The notes: generated by a model from the sequence alone, not told the origin. 64,000 nt of DNA from a bacterium (GCA_021814165.1 JAKAIX010000001.1:150787-214786); one strand, 5' to 3'. Counted from the first letter of the stretch, positions 9,486 through 19,220 are shown. Numbers and translations are program-made.

Positions 9486-9497
9486 ATAAATAGTATA

Positions 9498-10223
9498 TCA
9501 CACTTCCAACACGACCGAGATCGGCAAGTGATCCGAACCTTTCGAATCATGCACTTTAAACGAATGGAATTTCAAGTCTTTTGTGACGAAGAGATAATCA
9601 AGGCGCGTATCGATCGCCTGGGGCTTGCACACGGGGCACCCTTCCGGGTATACGCCCCACGTCGGAGCGAGCTCGGAATCCGTATTTATCATCGTCTTTT
9701 TCAAAACTTTCACCGTAGCACTCTGCGGCGTCGCATTGAGATCCGCACCAAGAAGCGCGCGTTTCTTCGGAATAATCTCGGCCATGCGCTTTGCCTGAAA
9801 CTCTTGAAGATCGGAGGGTTCTTGATGCGTATGGATAAGATGCGAAGAAAATATGTGGAGTATCTCGCCGTTCGCCGGAATGAGCGCCTCTATCAGGAAT
9901 CTCGTTTTTTCTTCCGACAAGGGGTGTACCTTGAAATCCTGAATGGCATTTCTGCTCACGATCGCGTTTCCCATCGCCACGATTCTCGGCTCGAGCTCCT
10001 TGTAATACTTCGCGGTATCAATCTCGTATGTCGAGGTAAAATACGACGATTTATAACCGAGGTGTCGGGCAATTGTCTCCGCCGTATTATTTTTCCCATT
10101 CAAATCCTGTATCGTTTCCTGAAGACATATGATGTCGGGCTTGAACTCCGAAAGGAAATCCAATATCCCGGACAAATGCTGCCCGCCCCATATATTCCAT
10201 GAAACTACTTTTACTTTCGCCAT
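9498..10223 (-). CDS. Endonuclease/exonuclease/phosphatase family protein
   Basis: VSWNI, DIICLQE, GADLN, LDYLF and SDHLPI motifs. Confidence 0.9.
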   Translation of the reverse strand: MAKVKVVSWNIWGGQHLSGILDFLSEFKPDIICLQETIQDLNGKNNTAETIARHLGYKSSYFTSTYEIDTAKYYKELEPRIVAMGNAIVSRNAIQDFKVHPLSEEKTRFLIEALIPANGEILHIFSSHLIHTHQEPSDLQEFQAKRMAEIIPKKRALLGADLNATPQSATVKVLKKTMINTDSELAPTWGVYPEGCPVCKPQAIDTRLDYLFVTKDLKFHSFKVHDSKGSDHLPISVVLEV

Positions 10224-10232
10224 GGTTGATAT

Positions 10233-11036
10233 TTATGTTACCGTCTCCGCACTGTAGCGGGCAATAAGACCGGTGCGAACGGCTTTTCGGTATACCCCCA
10301 CGAAAATCACGCAGGCGAGAACAATATAAACGAGAGAGGTAAAAAATCCCCAGAAAAATGTTGACGAAGAAAATGTTCCTCCGCTAATGATTTCTCGAAT
10401 CCCGGTGAACACGTAGGACGGCGGGAGAAGGTGGCCGATAAACTGCATCCACTCCGGAAGTACTGACAGAGGATAAAATACGCCTATAAAGGGCGACAGG
10501 AACGCGGGAATGGGCCAGACCAGCCACTCGGCCGCGGGCCCTAACCGAAGAACGATACTGATTCCGATGACGCCGAGCGCAATACCGAAAAGAAAAAGGA
10601 TAAGAAGAAATGCCGCAAGCGAAGCACCGAAACCGAAAATGGAAAAGCTGAAAACAAGCGCCGCAAAAAGAAACATCACAATGAGTGCAAGTATGCTCCT
10701 CCCTATTCCCGAAAGTATAAGTCCTGCGACATATTCGGATATCTTGAGCGGGGATGCAAAAATATTCAGGAAATTCCGCGACCAGACATCTTCAAAAAAC
10801 AGCATGGTGATACCCTGCATTACATTGGTTGAAAAATCCCAAAGCAATACTGCCCCCAAGAACATTGTTGTGAAACTGAACTCCGACCCAGCGGTTCCCG
10901 TGAGATATCTGGTGATAAATCCCCAGAGCGTAATATCCACTATAATCCAGATAAAAATCTGGAAGAAACGTGTTGCAGTGCCGCGGATGAGATATAACTG
11001 ACGAACGAATATAGCCCAGATTCTTTTGACACTCAT
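10233..11036 (-). CDS. ABC-2 type transporter permease
   Basis: About six hydrophobic segments, GVFYPLSVLPEW motif, adjacent to an ABC ATPase. Start reassigned to MSVKRIW. Confidence 0.88.
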   Translation of the reverse strand: MSVKRIWAIFVRQLYLIRGTATRFFQIFIWIIVDITLWGFITRYLTGTAGSEFSFTTMFLGAVLLWDFSTNVMQGITMLFFEDVWSRNFLNIFASPLKISEYVAGLILSGIGRSILALIVMFLFAALVFSFSIFGFGASLAAFLLILFLFGIALGVIGISIVLRLGPAAEWLVWPIPAFLSPFIGVFYPLSVLPEWMQFIGHLLPPSYVFTGIREIISGGTFSSSTFFWGFFTSLVYIVLACVIFVGVYRKAVRTGLIARYSAETVT

Positions 11037-11040
11037 ATAA

Positions 11041-11796
11041 TTACATTGATTCCAAAAGCAACGGCTCTCTTGCGACCATAATGAAAAGTTCCTCGAGATT
11101 CTTTTTCTTGTACTCACCGGGGAGCGTCTTAGGATCCCCCTGAAGGAGAATCTTCCCATGCGAAAGGAATAGTACCCGATCGCAGACGTCCGTCACTTCA
11201 TACATATTGTGCGAAGTCCAAAGTACTCCCCCTTCTCCCTGTGCTGCGTATTCTTTTATTTTTTCTCGAATACTCTGCGCCGTCGAAGGGTCGAGCGATG
11301 CGGTCGGCTCATCAAGAAGAAGGAGATGCGGCCTGTTAATCGTCGCCTTCGCCAAACTCACTCTTGTCTGCTCGCCGGAAGAAAGCACGCCGCACCTCGT
11401 ATTCCTGAACTGCTTCAATTCAAACTCTTCGAGAAGCTGCTCAATCCGTTTCTCCGAATCGGGGACGTTATACAAGAGTCCGAAGATACGAAGATTCTGG
11501 GATACCGTAAGATTACCGGGAAGCGGCGAATACACTGCGGCGAAGTTCGTACGCTCGAGCGCCTCGCTCCGTTCAAGAGCGACATCTCTTCCTTCGATTC
11601 GGATCGAACCGTGGGTCGGTTCCAAAACCCCGAGAATCATGTTTATCGTCGTCGTCTTCCCCGCGCCGTTCGGACCCAGGAGCCCTACAATTTCGTTCGA
11701 GCGCACCTCAAAAGAAACGGAGTCGACCGCAGTCGTACTCTTGTAGTTCTTGGTAAGGCCTCGTACCTCAAGTACCGGCTTTTTGCTTACTGTCAT
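11041..11796 (-). CDS. ABC transporter ATP-binding protein
   Basis: GPNGAGKT, LSSGE, LLLDEPT and SH motifs. Confidence 0.95.
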   Translation of the reverse strand: MTVSKKPVLEVRGLTKNYKSTTAVDSVSFEVRSNEIVGLLGPNGAGKTTTINMILGVLEPTHGSIRIEGRDVALERSEALERTNFAAVYSPLPGNLTVSQNLRIFGLLYNVPDSEKRIEQLLEEFELKQFRNTRCGVLSSGEQTRVSLAKATINRPHLLLLDEPTASLDPSTAQSIREKIKEYAAQGEGGVLWTSHNMYEVTDVCDRVLFLSHGKILLQGDPKTLPGEYKKKNLEELFIMVAREPLLLESM

Positions 11797-11941
11797 CGCC
11801 TTTTAGTATACCCGACCGGCGTGAATATGGCATTTTTTCATTATTCTCCCCGGAATTTATAAAAAGCGATTTTGAGTTTGAACAACAGCGTTTGCCACGC
11901 CATTCGGAATAAATACTTGTATTTTTTTAGTTTCCAAAAGT

Positions 11942-13687
11942 TCATAGGAATTCCGCGCGATAGCAGTCGGCGCAATAGATTATCTCCCTTCTCTCCGGCG
12001 AGAAGGTCGTTTCGAATTCGGCAGCACACGGATTGTCGCCGTGAACGTGGCCGGCCTTATTGCACATGCATTTCCGGCGCCAGAGCGTATAAGCATTCCG
12101 CCACCGTAATCGCTCCGCATTGCGGCAGTTCGGACAGAGACGAGGTAAGGCGATGTTCATCTTGCGATAAAACTCCAGTTCCGCCTGACTGATACGAAAG
12201 GCCGTCGTGCATTGTTCGTTGCATATACCCTTATGCGCGCAACCGACCACTTCCCGCGTTATCGAATCATCGACATCACGGACATGATCCGGAAGATTTT
12301 CCGGCTTTAAGGATATCTCATACGACCGCTCGGATGGATCCCGCCATTGCCATCCTTCCCCTACCACTTCCTCTTTTGTCTTCGGATACCAGGGAAATGC
12401 GAACGCTTCGTTATACGCGTATGCGGAGAGCTCCGGCGGAAAAAACTCGCCGAACTTGTACACGCGTCCTTTCTTGTCGATATAAGGTATGTCTTCCATC
12501 TGCTTTTTTATTTTCGGAAGGAGTTCCTCATACTCCTGTTTCGTATACTGCTTGTTCAAAATGCAGTACTGCTTGTTTTTAATAGAAATGCATCCGAAGA
12601 CGTAAGAAGAATTAGCCGCCCAGTCTGAGTAATACGTGTCTCTGCAGTTCGTACCTCCCGCCGAGAAAAAGCACCGTGAAGCGTGTCCCGTAACGGCGCA
12701 CGTTTCGTACATCAGATTCGAGGTGTCACCGCCAATACTCGTATCCCACGCGTCTTTCAGATTTAAACCGCCAAAGTAGACATATCTGCAATGCTCCACG
12801 CCGTCCAACGCCGAAAAACACGTCTTGCAATCTTTAGTATCCCTGATAATGTCTCCCGTCACGTCCTGGCTGCTTACCACGTGTGCAAACCGGTGCGGCG
12901 TCGAGAGATAAAGCGAACGGAATTTATTTTTTGCTTCCTCCAAACGCGCGTAGCTCCCCAGATCCCAATATTTCAAGCGTTCGTAGTATTCTTCTTTTGA
13001 GAACTGCTCATTCCAGAGACGATACTTTTGTTTCCTCAAGTTGATACACCCGAAACAATCCGAGCAGCCCACGCAATCAAATATAAAAGAAGAATTCATG
13101 CAATCATCCGAGAAAAATCCGTTTCTCACTTTGTAAAGACGATTGCAGTGAAGCGACCCGTATACGTGGTCCGAATTATCCGTCACATAGCAGTCGTACG
13201 CGTTTTTCGAGAGAAGAAGCGCATAGCAATTTTCCGCATTCTCGGAAAAATAGCTCCAGAAAACGTAATAGCAATCCTTCACGTTGAGACACGCGTGCGT
13301 GAAGTCGCTTCTCACAAGGTTAGCGCCGGTGAGTGCCGGCCGCGGTACCGCCTCCATGAGTTCGCGATACTGCGCGAAGAAAGGCCTCTTGAAATCGTAC
13401 GCGCGCCCATACGACAACGGATCCCACTTGTCGGAGTTGTAGCATTCACGACAAATCACCGTGAAGGGGCCGCCCGGAGCGTGGATAGTGACGATCTTTT
13501 TGCCGCACAATTTACAAATATCCCGATAGAGCGTTTTTTCTTCCCTCCAGAGCATCCGCCGCATATTCCTGCAACCGGGACACCACGTGGGCGGCGGCAC
13601 GTCGATTTTCTCGTAAAACAAGAAATCTTCAGGCTCAATCGCAAATGAATTCCGGCAATTCTGGCATACACGAGACTCTTTTTGCAT
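11942..13687 (-). CDS. CPR-type Cys-rich zinc-ribbon/repeat protein
   Basis: CQNC, PPPTWCPGC, CFGCINL, YCILNKQY, LPRLCPNC and IYCADCY; recurrent CxxC solenoid-like repeats. Confidence 0.8.
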   Translation of the reverse strand: MQKESRVCQNCRNSFAIEPEDFLFYEKIDVPPPTWCPGCRNMRRMLWREEKTLYRDICKLCGKKIVTIHAPGGPFTVICRECYNSDKWDPLSYGRAYDFKRPFFAQYRELMEAVPRPALTGANLVRSDFTHACLNVKDCYYVFWSYFSENAENCYALLLSKNAYDCYVTDNSDHVYGSLHCNRLYKVRNGFFSDDCMNSSFIFDCVGCSDCFGCINLRKQKYRLWNEQFSKEEYYERLKYWDLGSYARLEEAKNKFRSLYLSTPHRFAHVVSSQDVTGDIIRDTKDCKTCFSALDGVEHCRYVYFGGLNLKDAWDTSIGGDTSNLMYETCAVTGHASRCFFSAGGTNCRDTYYSDWAANSSYVFGCISIKNKQYCILNKQYTKQEYEELLPKIKKQMEDIPYIDKKGRVYKFGEFFPPELSAYAYNEAFAFPWYPKTKEEVVGEGWQWRDPSERSYEISLKPENLPDHVRDVDDSITREVVGCAHKGICNEQCTTAFRISQAELEFYRKMNIALPRLCPNCRNAERLRWRNAYTLWRRKCMCNKAGHVHGDNPCAAEFETTFSPERREIIYCADCYRAEFL

Positions 13688-13759
13688 ACGATTATTATAG
13701 CAATCGACACCGACTCACGGGTGCTATAATGAAATAAAGGTCGGAAGCTCTCAATTATT

Positions 13760-14056
13760 ATGGCAAAAGAAGTAATAAAGCGTGGTGGCGTACGTGCGCC
13801 GTTCAAGTCCGAGAAGATAAAACGATCGATCCGGAAAGCGTGCAAGGACGTTCATCTTCCCGCGGCGCGGACAAAGAAGGTGGTTTCCAAGGTTTCCGCA
13901 GCGGTACTTCGGTTCGCCAGAACAAGAAAGACGGCTATTAAGACGTCGGTAATCCGCCAAAAGATACTTGCGGGATTGAAAAAGGAAGAGCCAACAGTAT
14001 GGAAGGCGTGGATGAAATATGACAAACGCCGTCGCGCGCGGAGAAAGAAGAAATAG
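13760..14056 (+). CDS. Stand-alone ATP-cone domain protein (very basic)
   Basis: VIKRGG...F..KI..SI.KA ATP-cone pattern. Confidence 0.8.
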   Translation: MAKEVIKRGGVRAPFKSEKIKRSIRKACKDVHLPAARTKKVVSKVSAAVLRFARTRKTAIKTSVIRQKILAGLKKEEPTVWKAWMKYDKRRRARRKKK

Positions 14057-14079
14057 ATGTTATCAGAAATTGACGAATG

Positions 14080-14107
14080 AAAGCGGCACGGAATTCCGTG
14101 CCGCTTT
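14080..14107. terminator. Perfect palindrome/terminator, AAGCGGYAC family
   Basis: AAAGCGGCACGGAATTCCGTGCCGCTTT between convergent genes. Confidence 0.75.
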
Positions 14108-14111
14108 GTTA

Positions 14112-14861
14112 TTACGGAATCAAAATACGATCCCCTCTTTTCAATTTCATGCGGATTCTCGCTTCGACGGTCTGACTGCAATAAGTCATGACATCAAAAA
14201 TGTAGTCATACATTTTTTCTTCGGAAAACTTTTTCTTGCCATTCCGCATCAGATGAGCATCTCTAATGAGCCGACGTTCTTTTGGAGTGAGTCTTAATTT
14301 TCTTGATGTTTTTACTATATCCCCGAAACCGATTGGAAAATCTCCATTCAGATATTCCAAACTCAATGTCGCAAACAGGCATGCTTTATAACTCATCTCA
14401 TACGCTTCCTTTGTATTGCCCGCTCTCAAGAAGAAAAGGCCCGCCAAGACACGCATAGTGGAAAAACATGCTTCCCGATAGGCGTCGAGAAGCGTAAGCG
14501 GCGGTGGCACGAGACGTTCCATTATTTCCTTGCCCCAGATTGTTTGCGAGGTGAGGGCAAGGTGACGTATAAAAACGCTTTTTGTAAAAGGAGAATTTAC
14601 CGTTCCCTTCTTGAATCCTTCAAGATCATACGCGTAAACGCGAAGAGTTAATGATTTCCTTTTGGAATATTTTTGCGCGATAGCTTTGAGTGTTCTATTT
14701 GAGACATCACTCTTTTTCTTTCGCAAGACGCCGATCTCCAGATCGGATACTCCGGGCACATAGTCATTTGCAGCGTAACTTCCGTAGAGAAAGATAGATA
14801 CAGGCTTCGTTTTTCGTACTATCTCCATTACAACTCTACTCACTATATCTTCAGTTCCCAT
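14112..14861 (-). CDS. Pol-beta-type nucleotidyltransferase with helical (HEPN-like) C-terminus
   Basis: FLYGSYAANDYVPGVSDLE (GS...DxE) motif. Confidence 0.7.
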   Translation of the reverse strand: MGTEDIVSRVVMEIVRKTKPVSIFLYGSYAANDYVPGVSDLEIGVLRKKKSDVSNRTLKAIAQKYSKRKSLTLRVYAYDLEGFKKGTVNSPFTKSVFIRHLALTSQTIWGKEIMERLVPPPLTLLDAYREACFSTMRVLAGLFFLRAGNTKEAYEMSYKACLFATLSLEYLNGDFPIGFGDIVKTSRKLRLTPKERRLIRDAHLMRNGKKKFSEEKMYDYIFDVMTYCSQTVEARIRMKLKRGDRILIP

Positions 14862-14941
14862 TCAATAATTATAACACTTCAATCGAATTGACGGCGCGAC
14901 GGAGAAGTGTTACGTTCTTTGTAATTTACAACAAAATAAGG

Positions 14942-16273
14942 ATGCCTATGAAGAACATTCTGACCTTGCGAAGGGTGGAACGGGTCATAGAAGACACCGC
15001 GAAGAAATTCGTTATTGATGGCCTTGAGTTTGAAGATCTCGTCCAAATAGGGAGAATTGCGGTTTGGAATTTGCTGAAAAAGTACGACATCAATGAAACG
15101 AACGTAGCTGAACACACGGGGATTATCAGAAACAGCGTAAAATATGCGCTCCTGAACGAACGCACAAAATCCAAAGCGAAGAAAAGAATCGAACTCACAA
15201 AAGCGATTTCACTGGACGAGGGAATCGATGAAGAGGACGGCGACGAGAGAACATTACAGAATTTCATCGCATCGGACGAAGAAAATGGGATTGATATCCT
15301 TGAGAAACATGAAAACGATGTAGAACGTCTCAAATTTCTCGTTCGCAACTCGTTTGCTGAAAAAACCGTGAAAAGCAAACGTGCGGTGATATTCTTCCTC
15401 GTAAAAATGTTGGGATTGAGCGAACCCGAGATTCCTAAGAGGATAAAATACGAAACATTCCTCAAACTAAGAATTTCAAGATGGCTCTGGGTATTTTTCA
15501 ACAACTCCCCTTTCAGAGCCCTTAATCTCGCCTATCCTGGAAAATTCCTCCCATATGAAATGAGCCGAATCCCCAAAAAACAATGGGACGGACTGCGAGG
15601 GAAAAAGAGAGCAATAAAGGCCCTGAAACTTGCTTTGGAAAAAACCGGATACGCGCCGGAACACTTTCCAAAACTCCTGAACTATCATTTCTTCGAGGAG
15701 TTCAGGCTCGTTACCCCTCTCAAAAACATCTTCGAGTACGACAGATTCTCTTACCTGAATGCGACATTCCCTTCCCGGTATCATGCGTGGGATCTATCCT
15801 TCACGCAAAGAGGTTTTTTTGATTCGCTGGATCACCTGAAAGATGCGACAAAATGGCTTGTCAGAAAGAAGCTCGGTTATGATATTGACGGCCTTAGCGT
15901 CCACGAGATATGGGAGAAAAAGATCGCACTCAAGATTGGGAAGGAAGATTTCTGCCAAAACGGATTGCGTGGAGTTATGGCGGTCTACGGATCACCGGAA
16001 CCCGTTTTGAGACTTACCTATCCGGGAAAATTCCTGCCGTGGAGCTTTCAACGAAGAGACAAGTGGTACGGAAGAAGCGGAAAAGCGCTTGCCGCACTTG
16101 CAACTCGCTGGGTAGTTGAAAGATATGCAAAGATCTCTCCCTTGTCGCCCAAGATAACGTTCTACTTCTTTGTACAAAACGGTCTGCACGGTATGATTAC
16201 GGCAAGGAGTCTTGGTTTCAATTCTTCTCCAAAAAAAGCGATGCGGAATGCCTATCCGGGACTATTTCACTAA
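14942..16273 (+). CDS. Sigma-70 region 2/3-like N-terminus fused to four DUF4046-like repeats
   Basis: EDLVQIGRIAVWNLLKKYD and ISLDE..D....L.NFI; four ~70 aa repeats ending YPGKF/FPSRY. Upstream TTGACG-17-TACGTT at 14888. Confidence 0.7.
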   Translation: MPMKNILTLRRVERVIEDTAKKFVIDGLEFEDLVQIGRIAVWNLLKKYDINETNVAEHTGIIRNSVKYALLNERTKSKAKKRIELTKAISLDEGIDEEDGDERTLQNFIASDEENGIDILEKHENDVERLKFLVRNSFAEKTVKSKRAVIFFLVKMLGLSEPEIPKRIKYETFLKLRISRWLWVFFNNSPFRALNLAYPGKFLPYEMSRIPKKQWDGLRGKKRAIKALKLALEKTGYAPEHFPKLLNYHFFEEFRLVTPLKNIFEYDRFSYLNATFPSRYHAWDLSFTQRGFFDSLDHLKDATKWLVRKKLGYDIDGLSVHEIWEKKIALKIGKEDFCQNGLRGVMAVYGSPEPVLRLTYPGKFLPWSFQRRDKWYGRSGKALAALATRWVVERYAKISPLSPKITFYFFVQNGLHGMITARSLGFNSSPKKAMRNAYPGLFH

Positions 16274-16301
16274 CCCTCTTTTGTAGCTCAAAAGAGGGTT
16301 T
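16273..16301. terminator. Intrinsic terminator
   Basis: AACCCTCTTTTG-tagct-CAAAAGAGGGTT. Confidence 0.75.
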
Positions 16302-16489
16302 TATTTTTTTGAGCTTACTTTGAACTTCTTCAGATCGAAATTGAAGTGGCACCCGTCCGTACAGGGACACTTCACGAGTTCGTGATGGTGATGCGCACAG
16401 TCGAGCGCCTGACACACGCCCGGCGTGTTCGAGACCCCCTTGCATCCGCCAAGGCATACGTAATGCTCTTTATATATGTTTTGTGCCAT
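16301..16489 (-). CDS. Small Cys/His-rich metal-binding protein
   Basis: CLGGC, CQALDC and CPCTDGCH in 62 aa. Confidence 0.7.
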   Translation of the reverse strand: MAQNIYKEHYVCLGGCKGVSNTPGVCQALDCAHHHHELVKCPCTDGCHFNFDLKKFKVSSKK

Positions 16490-16548
16490 ATATTATTACT
16501 ACAAGACACCCGATCGTTTTCTTTCAATAGAAAAGAAAGACAAGCAGG

Positions 16549-17121
16549 TTAAACACCCGGAAGCAGTTCGAAAAGTTCTCCAACCGGAATTCCGTGTCCG
16601 TTAGAAATCCCAAAATATTTTGAGACACCCACGGACGGCTGAGCCGTCATCGGATCCCCTTTTTTGCGATCTGCGTAATTTACGACAATTGTTCCGTCCC
16701 GGATCTCGGTAGTCTGCGGCGCGATCCTGTCACCCAACAAAATTCCATTTGTTCCCTTGTATCCCGCGTCCGTCTTGAGCGCAGCTACCACGTAATAAAA
16801 CGTGCCGCTTCCCCCGCCGGTTTGCGTAAGAAGAAATGCGATATCCGGTTTGCCATCACCGTTCAAATCCCCTTCCGCGGCATTTCCGAAGTAGCGAGTT
16901 ACGAGTTTCGATGCGGATCCCGGCGCAATCCCAACCTCGGAATATCCGTCGACAAGCGTGATTGTTTTCCCATCGATCGTGTATGTCGCATTTTTGTACG
17001 GGGGAGAAACAATATTCTTTTGCTTCTCAACCGGAACAGTCGCATCTTCCTTGGGCCAAAGAATTATTCCGAGGATTGCGACAACGACGATAACGAGAGG
17101 AATAATTATTTTATACTTCAT
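16549..17121 (-). CDS. Membrane-anchored secreted protein
   Basis: N-terminal TM; NATY, GDLNGDG..D, GGSGTFYY and LGDRI motifs. Confidence 0.8.
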   Translation of the reverse strand: MKYKIIIPLVIVVVAILGIILWPKEDATVPVEKQKNIVSPPYKNATYTIDGKTITLVDGYSEVGIAPGSASKLVTRYFGNAAEGDLNGDGKPDIAFLLTQTGGGSGTFYYVVAALKTDAGYKGTNGILLGDRIAPQTTEIRDGTIVVNYADRKKGDPMTAQPSVGVSKYFGISNGHGIPVGELFELLPGV

Positions 17122-17166
17122 AAGATCATTGTAGCAGTTGATGCCTATATATACTGCTCTAATACC

Positions 17167-17190
17167 GTCACTATGACGCGTCATAGTGAC
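17167..17190. repeat. Perfect 24-bp palindrome (second copy 18839-18856)
   Basis: GTCACTATGACGCGTCATAGTGAC. Confidence 0.85.
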
Positions 17191-17198
17191 CGGCCCCT

Positions 17199-18179
17199 TT
17201 AATAAAAAATGGTCCTGCTTCTGTGGTATGGTTTCAGATTATCTTGATTCTGGCTCATGAGCCAGATGGTGTTGTCTATGTCCGCGGAGGACATGCCGTG
17301 CAGGTAATCTTTCAAGAGTTCTACGGCCCAGATCGTAGATGCCCGTATTTCTATCTCTTCCCTGCTGTCGTGGGGAATCTGGACATAGTTGTCTATCTTC
17401 CCGGCAAGATCCGGTTTGTATTCGAGAACGCCGTTCGCGCGAAGAAGCTGGGGCAGCTTGTAGTCCGCGAAGGCAGTCAGCTGATTCAATTTCTTGAGCT
17501 TCCTGCCCTTGGGAAGAATACAGTTTATGTCCTGGGAAAGAATCTGGGCTCGTTTGTAGAAGAACACGTTTTTCCCTTCCGGATGGGAAACGTCCCGGAA
17601 AGAAGGGAAATTCTCTATCACCGCCCTCGTCACTTGTATCGCATCATCGTTCGTTCCATTGAAAAGATTTACGAACTTTCCCTGAAACCTGCTCACCAAT
17701 ATTTTTCCCGCCTCGCGCAGGTTTTGAATTCTCTCGTTCAATAAAGGAATCCTGGTATTCTTTATGCCCCTGAAGAACTTCGCGCCGTCATCGAGGGAAA
17801 GGTTGGAAAGGTAATCCGCGTTGAGAATAGGAACTCCTTCTTTTATTCCCCTCTCGAAACTTGTCTTGAGACCAAACCAGCCTCCCGAACTAACTTCTCC
17901 GTTCAGTCCTTCGACCTGCCACTTCGGTTCACCTTGATCCGGCCAGAAGCAGAAATTCACCACGTTTTCCAGAAATACCAGCTGAAGATCATCCTCGAAG
18001 TTCCCCACGAAAGAATACCCCATCGTTTTCGTATTTAGCTCGCCGCGGTGCTTTTTTATCAGTTCCGCCGCGGCCTCGAGGTTTTTGTCGTTCAGGAAAA
18101 CAAAACGCGCCCCCTCGACAACTTCTCTTGTTGATCTGAGGATATCCAGCGGATCCCCTGTTTTGGTTTTCAGTTCCAT
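17199..18179 (-). CDS. Queuosine salvage protein (DUF2419/QNG1 family)
   Basis: NFCFW, FPSFRD, FYKRAQIL, LTAFADYKLPQ, EIEIRA and C-terminal PYHRSRTIFY. Confidence 0.9.
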   Translation of the reverse strand: MELKTKTGDPLDILRSTREVVEGARFVFLNDKNLEAAAELIKKHRGELNTKTMGYSFVGNFEDDLQLVFLENVVNFCFWPDQGEPKWQVEGLNGEVSSGGWFGLKTSFERGIKEGVPILNADYLSNLSLDDGAKFFRGIKNTRIPLLNERIQNLREAGKILVSRFQGKFVNLFNGTNDDAIQVTRAVIENFPSFRDVSHPEGKNVFFYKRAQILSQDINCILPKGRKLKKLNQLTAFADYKLPQLLRANGVLEYKPDLAGKIDNYVQIPHDSREEIEIRASTIWAVELLKDYLHGMSSADIDNTIWLMSQNQDNLKPYHRSRTIFY

Positions 18180-18247
18180 TGGTGGGATGTTTTACGACGA
18201 AAGTATCATTCGTCAGAGTAAGAAAATTGTTATATAATCATGTTACC

Positions 18248-18781
18248 ATGAATAACTTCAAAAAGGGTGGATTCCGGAAAGGAGGCGGCAAGTTCGGTGG
18301 ACGCCCAAAATTCGGAGGTAATAAATTCGGAGGCGGGAGGGACAGAGGCGACAGATCGGGAGGACATATGCAGCTTTTCCCTGCGGTATGCTCCGAATGC
18401 AAAAAGAGCTGTGAGCTTCCATTTCGCCCCACCGGTGATAAGCCGGTCTACTGCCGCGACTGTTTCAACAAACAAAGGCAGGTACCGGGACGCAATTCGA
18501 ACGGTGCCGATGGTCCGCGTATGGACTTCCGAAGAGATGCTTTTCCCCAACACGAACAGCAACCCGAATATGCAAGACCTCAAAACAACGGGGAGATGAA
18601 CGCGCTTAAGTCAAAACTCGATTCGCTCGAATCGAAAGTGAATCGCATTCTCGATCTCGTGAGCAAGAAGCCGCAAGCTCAAGCTCCTGCCGCTCCGATT
18701 ACAGCGACTGCTCCTCAGGCGGCAAAAGCGAAAAAGGCAAAATCCCCCGCTCGCAAAGCTACGAAGAAGAGAAAGAAGTAA
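18248..18781 (+). CDS. CxxC-x17-CxxC domain protein with Gly/Arg-rich N-terminus
   Basis: CSECKKSCELPFRPTGDKPVYCRDCF. Confidence 0.88.
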   Translation: MNNFKKGGFRKGGGKFGGRPKFGGNKFGGGRDRGDRSGGHMQLFPAVCSECKKSCELPFRPTGDKPVYCRDCFNKQRQVPGRNSNGADGPRMDFRRDAFPQHEQQPEYARPQNNGEMNALKSKLDSLESKVNRILDLVSKKPQAQAPAAPITATAPQAAKAKKAKSPARKATKKRKK

Positions 18782-18944
18782 TATTCTTGCCTATAGTGAC
18801 GTAAAACCGCTTGCTATTTTGGTGAGCGGTTTAGTAGTACTATGACGCGTCATAGTGGCTAACAAAATGCGTTTGTTCGCTTATTCTTTTGTGCTATCAT
18901 GCGACTAGAAGATAAACAATTTGGCAACTAAGACGGAGTAAACA

Positions 18945-19220
18945 ATGGAAGGTACAAGTAAGTTACCCGAGAGGGAAAGAAATCCTATAGTTAAGAAACT
19001 TTTTGAAACACACACCATCAACACTGTGTCTGACATATACGACGCGTATGAAAAGGATTGTGGCCAACTTTCCTATTCCGACAGAGGAATGATTGAAAGC
19101 ATGATTGATGACTGGTATGAAAGTGGCGAAATCGACATCAACGGTCATAGTGTTACTTACAACAAAAAGCTTTCTCCAAAAACTATCGTTGTATTCTCTT
19201 CCGGTTTTCGAACCTATTAA
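18945..19220 (+). CDS. Hypothetical protein (AT-rich accessory)
   Basis: 91 aa, GGAG SD, followed by an AAGCGGTAC-family hairpin at 19238-19271. Confidence 0.6.
   Translation: MEGTSKLPERERNPIVKKLFETHTINTVSDIYDAYEKDCGQLSYSDRGMIESMIDDWYESGEIDINGHSVTYNKKLSPKTIVVFSSGFRTY

Noticed and set aside
9069-10202. Long antisense ORFs (also 133-627, 36383-37450, 27244-27987, 21913-22623, 60480-61265 and similar)
   Set aside because: They shadow well-supported genes on the opposite strand and have no recognisable motifs.
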